Of a stretch of DNA of 64,000 nucleotides, positions 49,813 to 59,758 are shown piece after piece. Within the stretch, counting starts at the first letter, position 1, and each line of letters starts with the position of its first letter. The notes under the pieces were generated by a model. That model worked only from the letters and a program-made list of their open reading frames with translations, was not told the DNA's origin and searched no databases. The stretch comes from Promethearchaeota archaeon (GTDB lineage: Archaea; Asgardarchaeota; Lokiarchaeia; Sigyniarchaeales; SOKP01). Location of the stretch: the NCBI GenBank assembly GCA_030603385.1, contig JAUVXW010000014.1, forward strand, positions 17,402-81,401, read 5' to 3'. The position numbers and the translations under genes were made by a program.

Positions 49813-50754
49813 ATGAAATTTGGGTATTTTGTAAGAAGTACAGTTTTTACTTATCCTGAAGTTAGAGATTTATCAATAAAAGTAGACAAATTAGGATTTG
49901 ACTCGATTCATGTAAATGATCATTTTCTAGGTATGGATGCGAGGCAAGATAGAAAAGAACCAATGTTAGATGCTATGATGTTACTGACAGCGTTAGCTGT
50001 GGAAACAAAGAAGGTAAAACTTGGTCAAATTGTGTTATGTAATTCTTTTCGAAATCCAGCATATCTCGCTAAAATGATTTCAACGCTTGATAATGTTTCC
50101 AATGGGCGAGCTTTATTGTGGATTGGGGCAGGATGGTTTGAAGAAGAATACAAAGCATATGGCTACCCTTTTCCCTCACCTAAAAGAAGAGTTGATGAGC
50201 TCGAGGAATCGTTGACAATGTATAAAAAGATATTTACTGAAGAAGAGACTGATTTTAAGGGAAACTTTTGGGAGTTAATACGACATAGAAATTTTCCTAA
50301 ACCCATTCAAAAACCTTATCCACAAATAGTAGTTGGAACTACAGGGAAGAGAATGACTGACATTGCCTGTAAAGAAGCAGATGGGGTAAATTTAGACTTA
50401 TGGTATGCTCCAAATATGGAAGATATTCCTCCAAGGATTTCTTATATTAATGAAAGGTTACAAAAACACAATCGTGATCCTTCTGAGTTTGAAATATCTC
50501 TATTCACTGCTATTACTATTGTCAATAGTCAAGAAAAACTCGACGATCTTGTAGAAAGAATAATAAAAAGAACTAGTGGGGATAAGAAACTCACTAAAGA
50601 ACATATTCTGAAAAATCATTATGTAGGTTTCCCTGAAGATTTAAAGGAAAAGATGACCAGATTAGAAAATATGGGGATTAAAAAAATAGTAACCTGGATC
50701 CGAAGATCTGACTTCGAAGATTCAATAGAAGTTTTTAGTAAAAAGGTAAGGTAA
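49813..50754 (+). CDS. LLM-class (probably F420-dependent) oxidoreductase
   Basis: GFDSIHVNDH, VLCNSFRNPAYLAK, SNGR..IGAGW.EEEY.AYG, PKPIQKP. Confidence 0.85.
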   Translation: MKFGYFVRSTVFTYPEVRDLSIKVDKLGFDSIHVNDHFLGMDARQDRKEPMLDAMMLLTALAVETKKVKLGQIVLCNSFRNPAYLAKMISTLDNVSNGRALLWIGAGWFEEEYKAYGYPFPSPKRRVDELEESLTMYKKIFTEEETDFKGNFWELIRHRNFPKPIQKPYPQIVVGTTGKRMTDIACKEADGVNLDLWYAPNMEDIPPRISYINERLQKHNRDPSEFEISLFTAITIVNSQEKLDDLVERIIKRTSGDKKLTKEHILKNHYVGFPEDLKEKMTRLENMGIKKIVTWIRRSDFEDSIEVFSKKVR

Positions 50755-51669
50755 TTAATTCTGTTTATATATCTCTGTTCCAGCTTTTCCTTCTAATGCT
50801 TCTATTATTTTATCAATAGAAGTTATTATTGCTCTTTCACCACCTGATTCCAAGAAATTTATTACGGCTTGAATTTTTGGCCCCATGCTTCCTGCTGGAA
50901 ATTGTCCTTCTTCTAAATACTTTTTTGCTTCAGAGATTGATAATCTATCTAATTCTTGTTGGTTTGGGTTTCCATAATTAAGAGAAACTCTTTCAACATC
51001 AGTAGCGATCAATAAAATATCAGCATTAATTTGTTCAGCCAATTTAGCACTAGCCAAATCTTTATCAATGACAGCTTCAACACCATACAGTCTTTTTTTC
51101 TCTTTTATTACAGGAATACCCCCACCCCCACAAGCAATTACTATCCAACTACCTAATTCCATTAATTTGTTTATCTCACGCCACTGATAGATTTTTATAG
51201 GTTTTGGAGAAGGTACAACACGCCGATAACCTTTTGCAGTTTTTACATATCCTGGTTTTGGAACATCATAAGCAGGGCCAATTGGTTTAGTGGGATTAAA
51301 AAAGGCGGGATCCTCAGCATCTACCTTGACATACGTAAGAACAGTAATAAAGAGTTTTTCTTCATCAAGACCAATTTTCATTAATTCTTCATCAAGAGTA
51401 GATTCAATCATAAAACCAATCTGACCTTGCGTTTCAGCAACTAATATTTGTAAGGGCCTTTTCGAAACTGCTTTAGTCGCTTCTTGTTGTAGTAATAAGT
51501 TACCAACTTGTGGTCCATTACCATGAGTTATGATAATATTATATTCCTTTGCTAATTCTGCAATTTGACTAATTGGTACTTGTAAATTTCGAAATTGCTC
51601 TTCAGTTGTACCTTCATCACCAAATTTGATTAAAGCATTACCGCCTAGTGCAACAATCAATGTTTTCAA
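50755..51669 (-). CDS. arcC: Carbamate kinase
   Basis: VALGGNAL, THGNGPQVG, PTKPIGP, YRRVVPSP, GGGGIPV, EAVIDKD, GSMGPK. Confidence 0.95.
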   Translation of the reverse strand: MKTLIVALGGNALIKFGDEGTTEEQFRNLQVPISQIAELAKEYNIIITHGNGPQVGNLLLQQEATKAVSKRPLQILVAETQGQIGFMIESTLDEELMKIGLDEEKLFITVLTYVKVDAEDPAFFNPTKPIGPAYDVPKPGYVKTAKGYRRVVPSPKPIKIYQWREINKLMELGSWIVIACGGGGIPVIKEKKRLYGVEAVIDKDLASAKLAEQINADILLIATDVERVSLNYGNPNQQELDRLSISEAKKYLEEGQFPAGSMGPKIQAVINFLESGGERAIITSIDKIIEALEGKAGTEIYKQN

Positions 51670-51734
51670 TTAATAAACCTCTAGGTAAAATTACATAAAA
51701 GTAAATGAAAAATAGATAATATTTAGCTTATTAT

Positions 51735-52667
51735 TTAAAATTTTTCTTGTAAAAAGAGCATAATTGCTTTTTGAATGTGTAAGCGATTTTCTGCTTGATC
51801 AAACACAATTGATTGAGGACCATCAATAACTTCAGCTGTTTGTTCATATTCTCTCATGGCAGGTAAACAATTCATAAATGCCGCATCTGGCCTCGCAGCT
51901 TTCATTATCGATGATGTAACTTGATAAGGCATAAAGGCTTTTTTCCGTTCTTCTTCTTGTTCTTGTGGAATCCCATAGCTCATCCAGCTATCAGTATAAA
52001 TTATATCAGTGTCTCTAGCAGCTTCAAATGCATCATGAACTACTTTTACCTCAGCACCACTACTTTTTGAAAGTTCTAACACTTCATCTATGACCAATTG
52101 TTCAGGTGAATAATCAGGATTTTTAGGACAGGCAACATCCATCCTCAAACCAAACATAGCACACATCCTCATTAAATCATATGTTACATTATTATTAGCA
52201 TCTCCAAAATAGGATAATTTAAAGTTATCAAGTCTTCCCTTTTTTTCGTTGATTGTTTGAAAATCTCCAAGAACCTGGCATGGATGCGCAAAATCGTCAA
52301 GCATGTTAATTACTGGTACATCAGCATATTTAGCGAGATCCCAAATGTCTTGCCTTTTGAAGACACGAGCAGCGATTATATTGACGAACCTCGATGCGAC
52401 TTTTGCAGTATCGCTAATGTTTTCTTTTTTGCCCAATGGAGAATCTTTAATTGAATAGAATATAGCGTGTCCTCCTAATTGTTGCATGCCTGTTTCAAAA
52501 GAAATTCGAGTTCTTAAGGATGGTTTTTCAAATAGCATCAAAAGCGTTTCTCCTTCTAAGGCAGAGTTATATTTTTTAGGATTTTTCTTAATCTCAATAG
52601 ATTTATTAATAACCTTCTCGCACTCTTCTTTTGAAAAATCTGAGACTTTTAATAAATGTCGAACCAT
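51735..52667 (-). CDS. arcB: Ornithine carbamoyltransferase (catabolic, Giardia/eukaryote-clade-like)
   Basis: FEKPSLRTR, HPCQ, NNVTYDLMR, YTDSWMSY, FMNCLPA, QAENRLH; likely start ATG 52667. Confidence 0.9.
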   Translation of the reverse strand: MVRHLLKVSDFSKEECEKVINKSIEIKKNPKKYNSALEGETLLMLFEKPSLRTRISFETGMQQLGGHAIFYSIKDSPLGKKENISDTAKVASRFVNIIAARVFKRQDIWDLAKYADVPVINMLDDFAHPCQVLGDFQTINEKKGRLDNFKLSYFGDANNNVTYDLMRMCAMFGLRMDVACPKNPDYSPEQLVIDEVLELSKSSGAEVKVVHDAFEAARDTDIIYTDSWMSYGIPQEQEEERKKAFMPYQVTSSIMKAARPDAAFMNCLPAMREYEQTAEVIDGPQSIVFDQAENRLHIQKAIMLFLQEKF

Positions 52668-52750
52668 TTTTAACAATAAGTAATATTTATATACACTTGA
52701 ATATAAAAAAGAAAGATTAGATTTAAGTCAAGATATATGCTTATTTATTT

Positions 52751-53917
52751 TTATTTTAATTCTTCTTCTATTCCAAAATCTCTTTCATATGAAAGGGTGT
52801 CTATGATTTCATGATCCTTTGAATTTAATTTTTCTGTTAATATACGACTAAGAAGTTCTCCTAATCCTGGTCCTAACATGAACCCTTGACCACACATTCC
52901 AACCGCATTAATATATCCGTCTATTTCATCAACTTTACCTATGATTGGATTGCCATCTGGTGTCATCGGATATAACCCACGCCATGTTCTCCTTACTTTA
53001 ATATTTCTTAAGCGAGGTAAGAGTTGTATCATTCTTTTTGAAATTTGAGGTAAGAAAGAGCTAGTTTCTCTTCTATCAGTACCTACCATATTAGGGTCTG
53101 GAGTCAGACAAAATAATATTTTACCTTCTTTGTTTTGATAAAAATAGTAGTTTTTTGAGTTTCCAAATTTGGAGTCTATGCATGGTCTAATATCAACAAC
53201 CATTGTGGTAAAGAAATTCTTTACCGGTTCAGTGATTCCTGCTTCATGAGAGTCTGGTTCAACTGGAACATCTAAACCAACCATTTTTCCAATTTCTTTT
53301 GCTTGAGCTCCAGCTGTATTAATAACATATTTAGTTTTATATTTTCCTTTTGTTGTTTTAATACCAATAACATTGTCTTCTTTAGTTAGAATACCTGTTA
53401 CTTTTTCATTAAATCTATACTCTGCTTCTAATTCTTCAGAATTTCTAAAAATAGAATGTAAAGCTAATAACGGAGAAGCATTTCCATCTTCAGGACTATA
53501 AGTACCTCCCATTAATCCCTCATCATTGATTCCAGGGACTAATTCTTTGATTTTTTCCGCATCGACAAAATCGATATTTAAACCATAACTTTTCTGGAGT
53601 TTAACGGTATCCTTGAGCAGCTTTTCATCTTCTTCGGAAAAAGCTAAAAAAGTATATCCTCCTTGGGTCCACCAAATGTCGTCTCCATATTTTTCTTCCC
53701 AACTAGAAAAAATTTCTATTGATCTTTGACAAAGAAGAGATTTTCCGATATGAGAATGAGTACTCCTTATACCCCCAATTGCGTGTTTATTATCTGCTTG
53801 TGCAACTGAAGGTAATGAATCAATAACTAAAGTTTTAAGTCCATCTTTCACTGTTGCTAGGGCCGTTGGGACCCCAACACTGCCAGCGCCAATGATAATT
53901 ACATCATATTCGACCAA
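52751..53917 (-). CDS. FAD-dependent dehydrogenase beta subunit (dye-linked proline dehydrogenase/sarcosine oxidase family)
   Basis: IIGAGSVG, GGIR, DGNASP, RTWRGLYPMTPDGNPIIG, GMCGQGFMLGP. Confidence 0.8.
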   Translation of the reverse strand: MVEYDVIIIGAGSVGVPTALATVKDGLKTLVIDSLPSVAQADNKHAIGGIRSTHSHIGKSLLCQRSIEIFSSWEEKYGDDIWWTQGGYTFLAFSEEDEKLLKDTVKLQKSYGLNIDFVDAEKIKELVPGINDEGLMGGTYSPEDGNASPLLALHSIFRNSEELEAEYRFNEKVTGILTKEDNVIGIKTTKGKYKTKYVINTAGAQAKEIGKMVGLDVPVEPDSHEAGITEPVKNFFTTMVVDIRPCIDSKFGNSKNYYFYQNKEGKILFCLTPDPNMVGTDRRETSSFLPQISKRMIQLLPRLRNIKVRRTWRGLYPMTPDGNPIIGKVDEIDGYINAVGMCGQGFMLGPGLGELLSRILTEKLNSKDHEIIDTLSYERDFGIEEELK

Positions 53918-53919
53918 TG

Positions 53920-56004
53920 TTATTTTCTCTCCTTTTTTTCTTTAGCTAAAGCAAAAATACCCATTGGTACTTCCATGAATAATGGACGTTTTGTCCCTGA
54001 AGTAATATCGTCAATCGAAATACCTTCCTCTTGAAATACTCTATTGATTAAAGGAGTGCAAGTTTTTCCACCACACGCACCCATACCAATTTTAGTTAGA
54101 GCTTTTAGTTCGTTAAAATCTTTTACACCCGAGCGAATCCATTTTCGAATCTCTCCAACTGACACACGTTCACATCTGCAGATAATTATATCATCATCTG
54201 TAAAATCTCTTTGATAGATTTCAGTAGGCTCGGAATATGTGCTTTCAACCAGTTTTATAGCAACAGCTTGTTTTGCTATTTCTGATGGTAGTTTAACTGT
54301 TATTAATTGAGTTTTAGGAAATTCTTTTAGGATCCTTGTTCTATGAACTTTAAATTCGCCTAACTCTTGATCATTGTTCACAACAATAATTTTATGATCT
54401 TTTTCTAGCTTATTAGCTGTGAGTTCGAGAGGAAATGTTATAAATGGATTATTTTTATCCTTTCTGTAATCTTTTAATACAACTGCCAACCCAGGACAAA
54501 CAGCAACACATTTACCACATCCTATACATTCTTGTTCATCTTTAAAATATGGTAGCTGCGTAATTAAATCGTCAATTGTTTCAATCTGTTCATTTGGGCA
54601 GACTGTAGTACAAGGGTTACAAGGAATTTCTTGGTTACAGTAGAAGACTGGAAAAATCCCTTCCTCTTTATGTGAAAAATCTATATCAACTGGGGGTGGG
54701 GGTTTTGCTTTCATAATTTCATAAAATTTCTTAAGTGTTTTTAAGTCCTCTTCTGTTTTAATTCCAATTTCTTTTAATATCTTTAAAGCTTCAATTTTAC
54801 CCGTGAATATTGCTGCAGAAGCTTCCGCTATTTCTTGAGCATCCCCGGCAACCCAAACTTTTAATCCATATTCCATTGCTTTCTGGTAAAACTCATTAAC
54901 TGGGTTTAAACCAACTGCAATCAATATGGTATCGCAGGTAAATGTTTTCTCATTTCCAGAAATGGCTTTAAATTTCTCATCTATCTGTGCTATCGTTATA
55001 GATTCAACTTTATTATATCCATTTGCAGAAATTATTGTATGGTTGGTAAAAATAGGAACACCTAATCGTCTTAACTTATCTTCATGGACCTTATAGCCAC
55101 CACATTGGGGCATTGCTTCAATTAACCCAACCACCTCAATTCCCGCTTGAATAGCATGATAACCTGCAATTAAACCAACATTTCCTCCTCCAACAATAAA
55201 AGTTTTTTCTGCAGCTCTAATTAAATCACGATTTACTAACGTTTGAAATGCACCAGCACCATATACTCCTGGCAGGGTATTACCAGGAAAAATTAACATC
55301 TTTTCACGTGCCCCAGTGGCAACAAGAAGATATTTAGGTTTGACTAATACATATTCTTTATTATTTTTGAGAATTCCAACATATCCATCACTAAAAACTG
55401 CTAAGCACACACTATTTAGCCAAACTTGAACATTTTTGAGTGAGAGAACTGATTGCCCGAGGATTTTTGCTATATCAATCCCACGTTTCCCGGCATATAC
55501 ATCCTCTTGAGAACCAAAAAACTTGTGAGTTTGAAGGACCAACTTACCTCCAAATCTATCTTTATCATCAACCAATAATACATTAAGTTTTGATTCTCCT
55601 AAGATTTTAGTTGCTGAAAGCCCTGCGGGTCCAGCACCAATTACTAGAACCTCAAGATTAATAATCTCAGAATCCCCTACACTTACAGGTTTATCTTCGA
55701 CAGGTAATTCTGGCAACCCATTACAACTTTTTATAATCATATCTTCAATAAGAGGAGTCATACATGCCTTAACGGGTATACCATTCGCAATTACATTGCA
55801 TTGAGAACATTGACCATTAGCACAAAAAATTCCTTGAGGACTTGAATCCTTGACATGATGTCCAAAAACCTTAATTTTATTGAGAAAAAGCGCAGAGGAT
55901 ATAACCATCCCCTCATATCCAGATAATTTTTTACCATCAAAACTAAAGGTGATCTTTTTTCTTTCAGGTATTTCCAATATGGGATGAGATGTTATATTCT
56001 CCAT
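53920..56004 (-). CDS. Fused proline-dehydrogenase-type alpha subunit: [2Fe-2S] + FAD/NAD + 2x[4Fe-4S] + BFD-like [2Fe-2S]
   Basis: GIFCANGQCSQC..ACMT; VIGAGPAG; KLVLQTHKFFG; ATGARE; CNQEIPCNPCTTVCP and CIGCGKCVAVCPG; ICRCERV...GMGACGGKTC. Confidence 0.8.
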   Translation of the reverse strand: MENITSHPILEIPERKKITFSFDGKKLSGYEGMVISSALFLNKIKVFGHHVKDSSPQGIFCANGQCSQCNVIANGIPVKACMTPLIEDMIIKSCNGLPELPVEDKPVSVGDSEIINLEVLVIGAGPAGLSATKILGESKLNVLLVDDKDRFGGKLVLQTHKFFGSQEDVYAGKRGIDIAKILGQSVLSLKNVQVWLNSVCLAVFSDGYVGILKNNKEYVLVKPKYLLVATGAREKMLIFPGNTLPGVYGAGAFQTLVNRDLIRAAEKTFIVGGGNVGLIAGYHAIQAGIEVVGLIEAMPQCGGYKVHEDKLRRLGVPIFTNHTIISANGYNKVESITIAQIDEKFKAISGNEKTFTCDTILIAVGLNPVNEFYQKAMEYGLKVWVAGDAQEIAEASAAIFTGKIEALKILKEIGIKTEEDLKTLKKFYEIMKAKPPPPVDIDFSHKEEGIFPVFYCNQEIPCNPCTTVCPNEQIETIDDLITQLPYFKDEQECIGCGKCVAVCPGLAVVLKDYRKDKNNPFITFPLELTANKLEKDHKIIVVNNDQELGEFKVHRTRILKEFPKTQLITVKLPSEIAKQAVAIKLVESTYSEPTEIYQRDFTDDDIIICRCERVSVGEIRKWIRSGVKDFNELKALTKIGMGACGGKTCTPLINRVFQEEGISIDDITSGTKRPLFMEVPMGIFALAKEKKERK

Positions 56005-56040
56005 TTGGATTCTTTCTAAATTATTAAATAATATATTAAA

Positions 56041-58224
56041 TTACTGGTGTGGTTTTATTACAGATAACACATCATCAAAGTCTATGCTTAATTCTTTTAT
56101 CAATTCTATTGTTGGACAGCCGTTCTGATTCCAACCACGCTCTATATAAACAGCTTCTTGGAGTTTTGAATATTGTTTTTCTCGATGTTGTCGAAGCTTC
56201 TTTATTTTTTCGTCAGTAGATTTACCTTCAATATCGAATCCTAATTCTTCAAGCTGTCCATCATATCTATCAACTCGACTCTCATATTCTAAAGGAGTTA
56301 CTGGTCCAACTGCCCTGTAAGGTAAATTTGAATCATGTTCTCGAAGCCCTTTACCCAATCTAATGTTAAAAATCCTCTGAAAGTTATATACTCTTTCAGA
56401 CATTTTGAGGAGATCATCCGTCGTCGATTGACGCCCCGTTACTGCTGAATAATATTCAGTGTACCATTTCACGTGATCAGGAATTTTCGCGCGAACTAAC
56501 TCTCCTGTTTTAGGATCTTTAATTGGGTATTCTCGTTGGCTCAATGGTTGTATATCGTTCCAGGGGAGCTTACAGAGTCCATTTAGCGAAAACCAGGTCC
56601 TCCAATAAGGGAAGAAACGCAGAGCTTTAGCTTTATCTTCGAAAGTTGGAATTGAATTTCTAATCACATCATCAAAAATAAGCCAAGCTTCGTCATGTTG
56701 AGGCCCCTTATTTGTCAGTCCATATCCCCCTTGCTGGGCTAATGATTCTTTGGTCACATATTCGGAAAACTCTAATCCTTTATGTTCCATTCCGATATCT
56801 TGTAAAAATTTTGGATCTGCTCCATATTTCTCAGCAAAAATCTTTTTCATTTCTTTAATTCCTTGACCAACAACTAATCCAAACCCTTCTCCTTTAGCCA
56901 TTTGATGTATCAATTCCATAGCTGCTTTAGCATTCCCAAAACTAAGATCCAGTCCCCCGGTAATTTCTTTATTTAGTATACCTTCTTCATAACATTCCAT
57001 TACGAAAGCAATTCCGGTACCTAAACTTATAGTATCGAGCCCATATGTATCTGCGTAAAAATTAACTTCTAATACCCATTTAGGATCCCATACACCCCAA
57101 TTAGAACCACAACCAGCAATTGTTTCATATTCAGGTCCATCTACAATTACTTTCTGGCCCTTAAAAGGACCTGTTAAGACTTGATGGCCTTCAGAATAGT
57201 GAGAGCAACTAACCGTGCATCCAATCCAACAACCATCAGCTCCTTCCTTTCCAGAATAGATGGTTCTCATGATTTCTCGACTATAGGGAATATCCTTTCC
57301 GCTTATTTCTTTATGCATCCCAAAACGAAAGTTTTCAGTTGGCAGAAGATCAGTCACATTCATAATATCTGGGAGATGCCCGGTCCCAACTTTACGCATT
57401 TCGTTTTGTATTGGATCAAGTTCAATAATTTCTTGACTATGCATTTTTCCAATTTTTCTAGCCCCTTCTAAATCTGCTGGATTATTTGAATTGATTGTTA
57501 CTTTTGGAGAAAGGCATACTAAAGCTTTGAGATTCTTGTCTTTAAATACAGTTCCAATTCCACCCCGTCCTGCTTGTTTAGATGATGCCCAATTACGACC
57601 ACGGACAAACCATGAAAAATTTAACATCCCCCATTTAGTATGTCGTGCCGCAGGTCCAGAACTTACTACTGAAACACGTTGTTTTTCAGCATCATCTTTA
57701 GCATATTTTTCTGTTAATTGTTGCGTAAGTTCGTGAGAATATTCAGAAAGTCCTTCAGAAACTTCTACTTCTTTTATTTGAATTAATCCTTCTATACCAT
57801 CAATATAAATAATTACTTCATTTTTCGCTTTTCCTTGTATTTCTAATGCGTCAAATCCCGAAAATTTAAGGTATGGTCCGAAATAACCTCCAACATTAGA
57901 ATCTATAATAATTCCTGTTAGAGGCGATATCGAGGTAACAATTGATTTTCCAGAACCGGGGTAAAAAATACTCCCCCCCAATGGACCAGAGGAAATACAA
58001 ATCTCGTTTTCAAGATCATTCCATTTGATAATGCGATTCTTTGGAAGTGAGTTCCACATTAACCATAAATCAAAACCTTTTCCTCCAATGAACTTCTCTT
58101 TCATTTCATTTGAAACAGGTTTTATAGCAATTTCATTGTTAGTTAAATTGATATACAAAGTTCGGTTTACGTAACCTTTTTGAACCTCTCGAAGTTCGTA
58201 ATTTTTTTCAGCTATAATCATCAA
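56041..58224 (-). CDS. Tungsten-type aldehyde:ferredoxin oxidoreductase (long, divergent subfamily)
   Basis: FIGGKG, SPLTG..DSNVGG, KQAGRGGIG...KNLKA, CWIGCTVSC, DGPEYET, YGLDTIS, KGLE, RGW. Confidence 0.88.
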   Translation of the reverse strand: MMIIAEKNYELREVQKGYVNRTLYINLTNNEIAIKPVSNEMKEKFIGGKGFDLWLMWNSLPKNRIIKWNDLENEICISSGPLGGSIFYPGSGKSIVTSISPLTGIIIDSNVGGYFGPYLKFSGFDALEIQGKAKNEVIIYIDGIEGLIQIKEVEVSEGLSEYSHELTQQLTEKYAKDDAEKQRVSVVSSGPAARHTKWGMLNFSWFVRGRNWASSKQAGRGGIGTVFKDKNLKALVCLSPKVTINSNNPADLEGARKIGKMHSQEIIELDPIQNEMRKVGTGHLPDIMNVTDLLPTENFRFGMHKEISGKDIPYSREIMRTIYSGKEGADGCWIGCTVSCSHYSEGHQVLTGPFKGQKVIVDGPEYETIAGCGSNWGVWDPKWVLEVNFYADTYGLDTISLGTGIAFVMECYEEGILNKEITGGLDLSFGNAKAAMELIHQMAKGEGFGLVVGQGIKEMKKIFAEKYGADPKFLQDIGMEHKGLEFSEYVTKESLAQQGGYGLTNKGPQHDEAWLIFDDVIRNSIPTFEDKAKALRFFPYWRTWFSLNGLCKLPWNDIQPLSQREYPIKDPKTGELVRAKIPDHVKWYTEYYSAVTGRQSTTDDLLKMSERVYNFQRIFNIRLGKGLREHDSNLPYRAVGPVTPLEYESRVDRYDGQLEELGFDIEGKSTDEKIKKLRQHREKQYSKLQEAVYIERGWNQNGCPTIELIKELSIDFDDVLSVIKPHQ

Positions 58225-58317
58225 ATTTCACTTCAATAAGAGTTGCTACTATGATATTTAAAAATTAAAAATATAAAATTATAATGATTAAACTGGGTTC
58301 TATTTTAAATTAATCCC

Positions 58318-59658
58318 TTATTTTAAATGTTGTTTAATAAATTTATCAAGCACTTCTTCAATAGTTGGACTTTTTATTGCTTCTATATCGTAGTTTACTC
58401 TTACTATTGGTTTGTTACTTTTAATTAATTTCCCAAGATCTATTGGACTGCCATCAATAATAACTTCCGCTTCTGCGTTATTCAGTGTTTGTTCCATATC
58501 AGCAATTTGTTGATCATTGTAACCCATTGCTGGAATAATTTCAGTAATTTGGGGAAATTCTTCAAACAGCGTTTTCATTGTGCCTGATAAATAAGGTCTG
58601 GGATCTACTATTATAGCTCCACTATTTTTAGCAGCGACATAACCTGCCCCATATGACATATTCCCATGGGTCAACGTCGGACCATCTTCAACTACTATTA
58701 CTTTCTTTCCATTCAAATTTTGATTGCCTTCTACAGTTACAACAGAATTTGTATAGATTCTTATTGCATTTGGATTTAATTTATCTAAATTTTCCTCCAC
58801 AATTTTAACATCTTCTGTCTTCGCACTATTCATTTTATTGATAACAAAAGCATCAGCATATCGGGCATTTACCTCACCAGGATGATATTTAAGTTCATGG
58901 CCAGGTCTTAAAGGATCAACAACTATGAATAATAAATCAGTGATATAAAAAGAAATTTCATTATTCCCCCCATCAAAAATTATAACATCTGCTTCTTTTT
59001 CTGCTTCCCGAATTATTTTTTCATAATCGACACCAGAATAGATAACAAGCCCTTGCTCGATATAGGGTTCATACTCTTCTCGTTCTTCAATTGTACATTC
59101 GTATTTATCTAAATCTTCATATTTTTCAAAGCGCATGACATTTTGCTTAACTAAATCTCCATACGGCATCGGTTCTCTAATAGCTACTACCTTATACCCT
59201 TTACTCTTTAAGTATCTATAAGTTGCTCGAGAAACTTGACTTTTTCCACATCCAGTTCTCACAGCACATATTGCAACAACCGGTTTATTAGCTTTTATTT
59301 GAGTGAATCTTCCTGATATTAAGCGATAATTAGCACCAGCAGCAAGAGCTCTTGAGGCTTTGTGCATTACTTCTTCATGAGGAAGATCCGAATAAGCAAA
59401 CACCACTTCATCAACATCATTTTTTTTAATTAAATCTTCAAGTAACTCTTCTGAAACCATTGGAATTCCATCTGGATATAATTTGCCAGCTAGTTCTGCT
59501 GGATATTTTCTTTCAGCATTTCCAGTAGTACCAACGTTTTGTTCTCCAGCGATTGTAAAAGCAACTACATCATATTCTTTATTATCCCGAAATACTGTAT
59601 TAAATAAGTGGAAGTCCATTCCAAGCGCTCCGATAATAACAACCTTCTTTTTCTTCAT
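58318..59658 (-). CDS. arcE: Arginine synthetase ArcE (cDPG-synthase-like P-loop family)
   Basis: YPAELAG.LYP.GIP, FAYSD, AVRTGCGKSQ, PMPYGDL, CTIEEREEYEP, DGGNN, YHPGE.N, VEDGPTLTHG, PAMGY; same strand and operon as OTC and carbamate kinase. Confidence 0.8.
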   Translation of the reverse strand: MKKKKVVIIGALGMDFHLFNTVFRDNKEYDVVAFTIAGEQNVGTTGNAERKYPAELAGKLYPDGIPMVSEELLEDLIKKNDVDEVVFAYSDLPHEEVMHKASRALAAGANYRLISGRFTQIKANKPVVAICAVRTGCGKSQVSRATYRYLKSKGYKVVAIREPMPYGDLVKQNVMRFEKYEDLDKYECTIEEREEYEPYIEQGLVIYSGVDYEKIIREAEKEADVIIFDGGNNEISFYITDLLFIVVDPLRPGHELKYHPGEVNARYADAFVINKMNSAKTEDVKIVEENLDKLNPNAIRIYTNSVVTVEGNQNLNGKKVIVVEDGPTLTHGNMSYGAGYVAAKNSGAIIVDPRPYLSGTMKTLFEEFPQITEIIPAMGYNDQQIADMEQTLNNAEAEVIIDGSPIDLGKLIKSNKPIVRVNYDIEAIKSPTIEEVLDKFIKQHLK

Positions 59659-59758
59659 AGAAATTGACCATTTTTCTTACATTCTTTAGTTTATTATAAT
59701 AATTAATTTGGGATTTGTTATAATAGTTATTAATAGAATTATGGGAATAACAACCCAC

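Noticed and set aside
58318-59658. Annotation as cyclic 2,3-diphosphoglycerate synthase
   Set aside because: No 2-phosphoglycerate kinase is adjacent, and the motifs and OTC/CK context fit ArcE.
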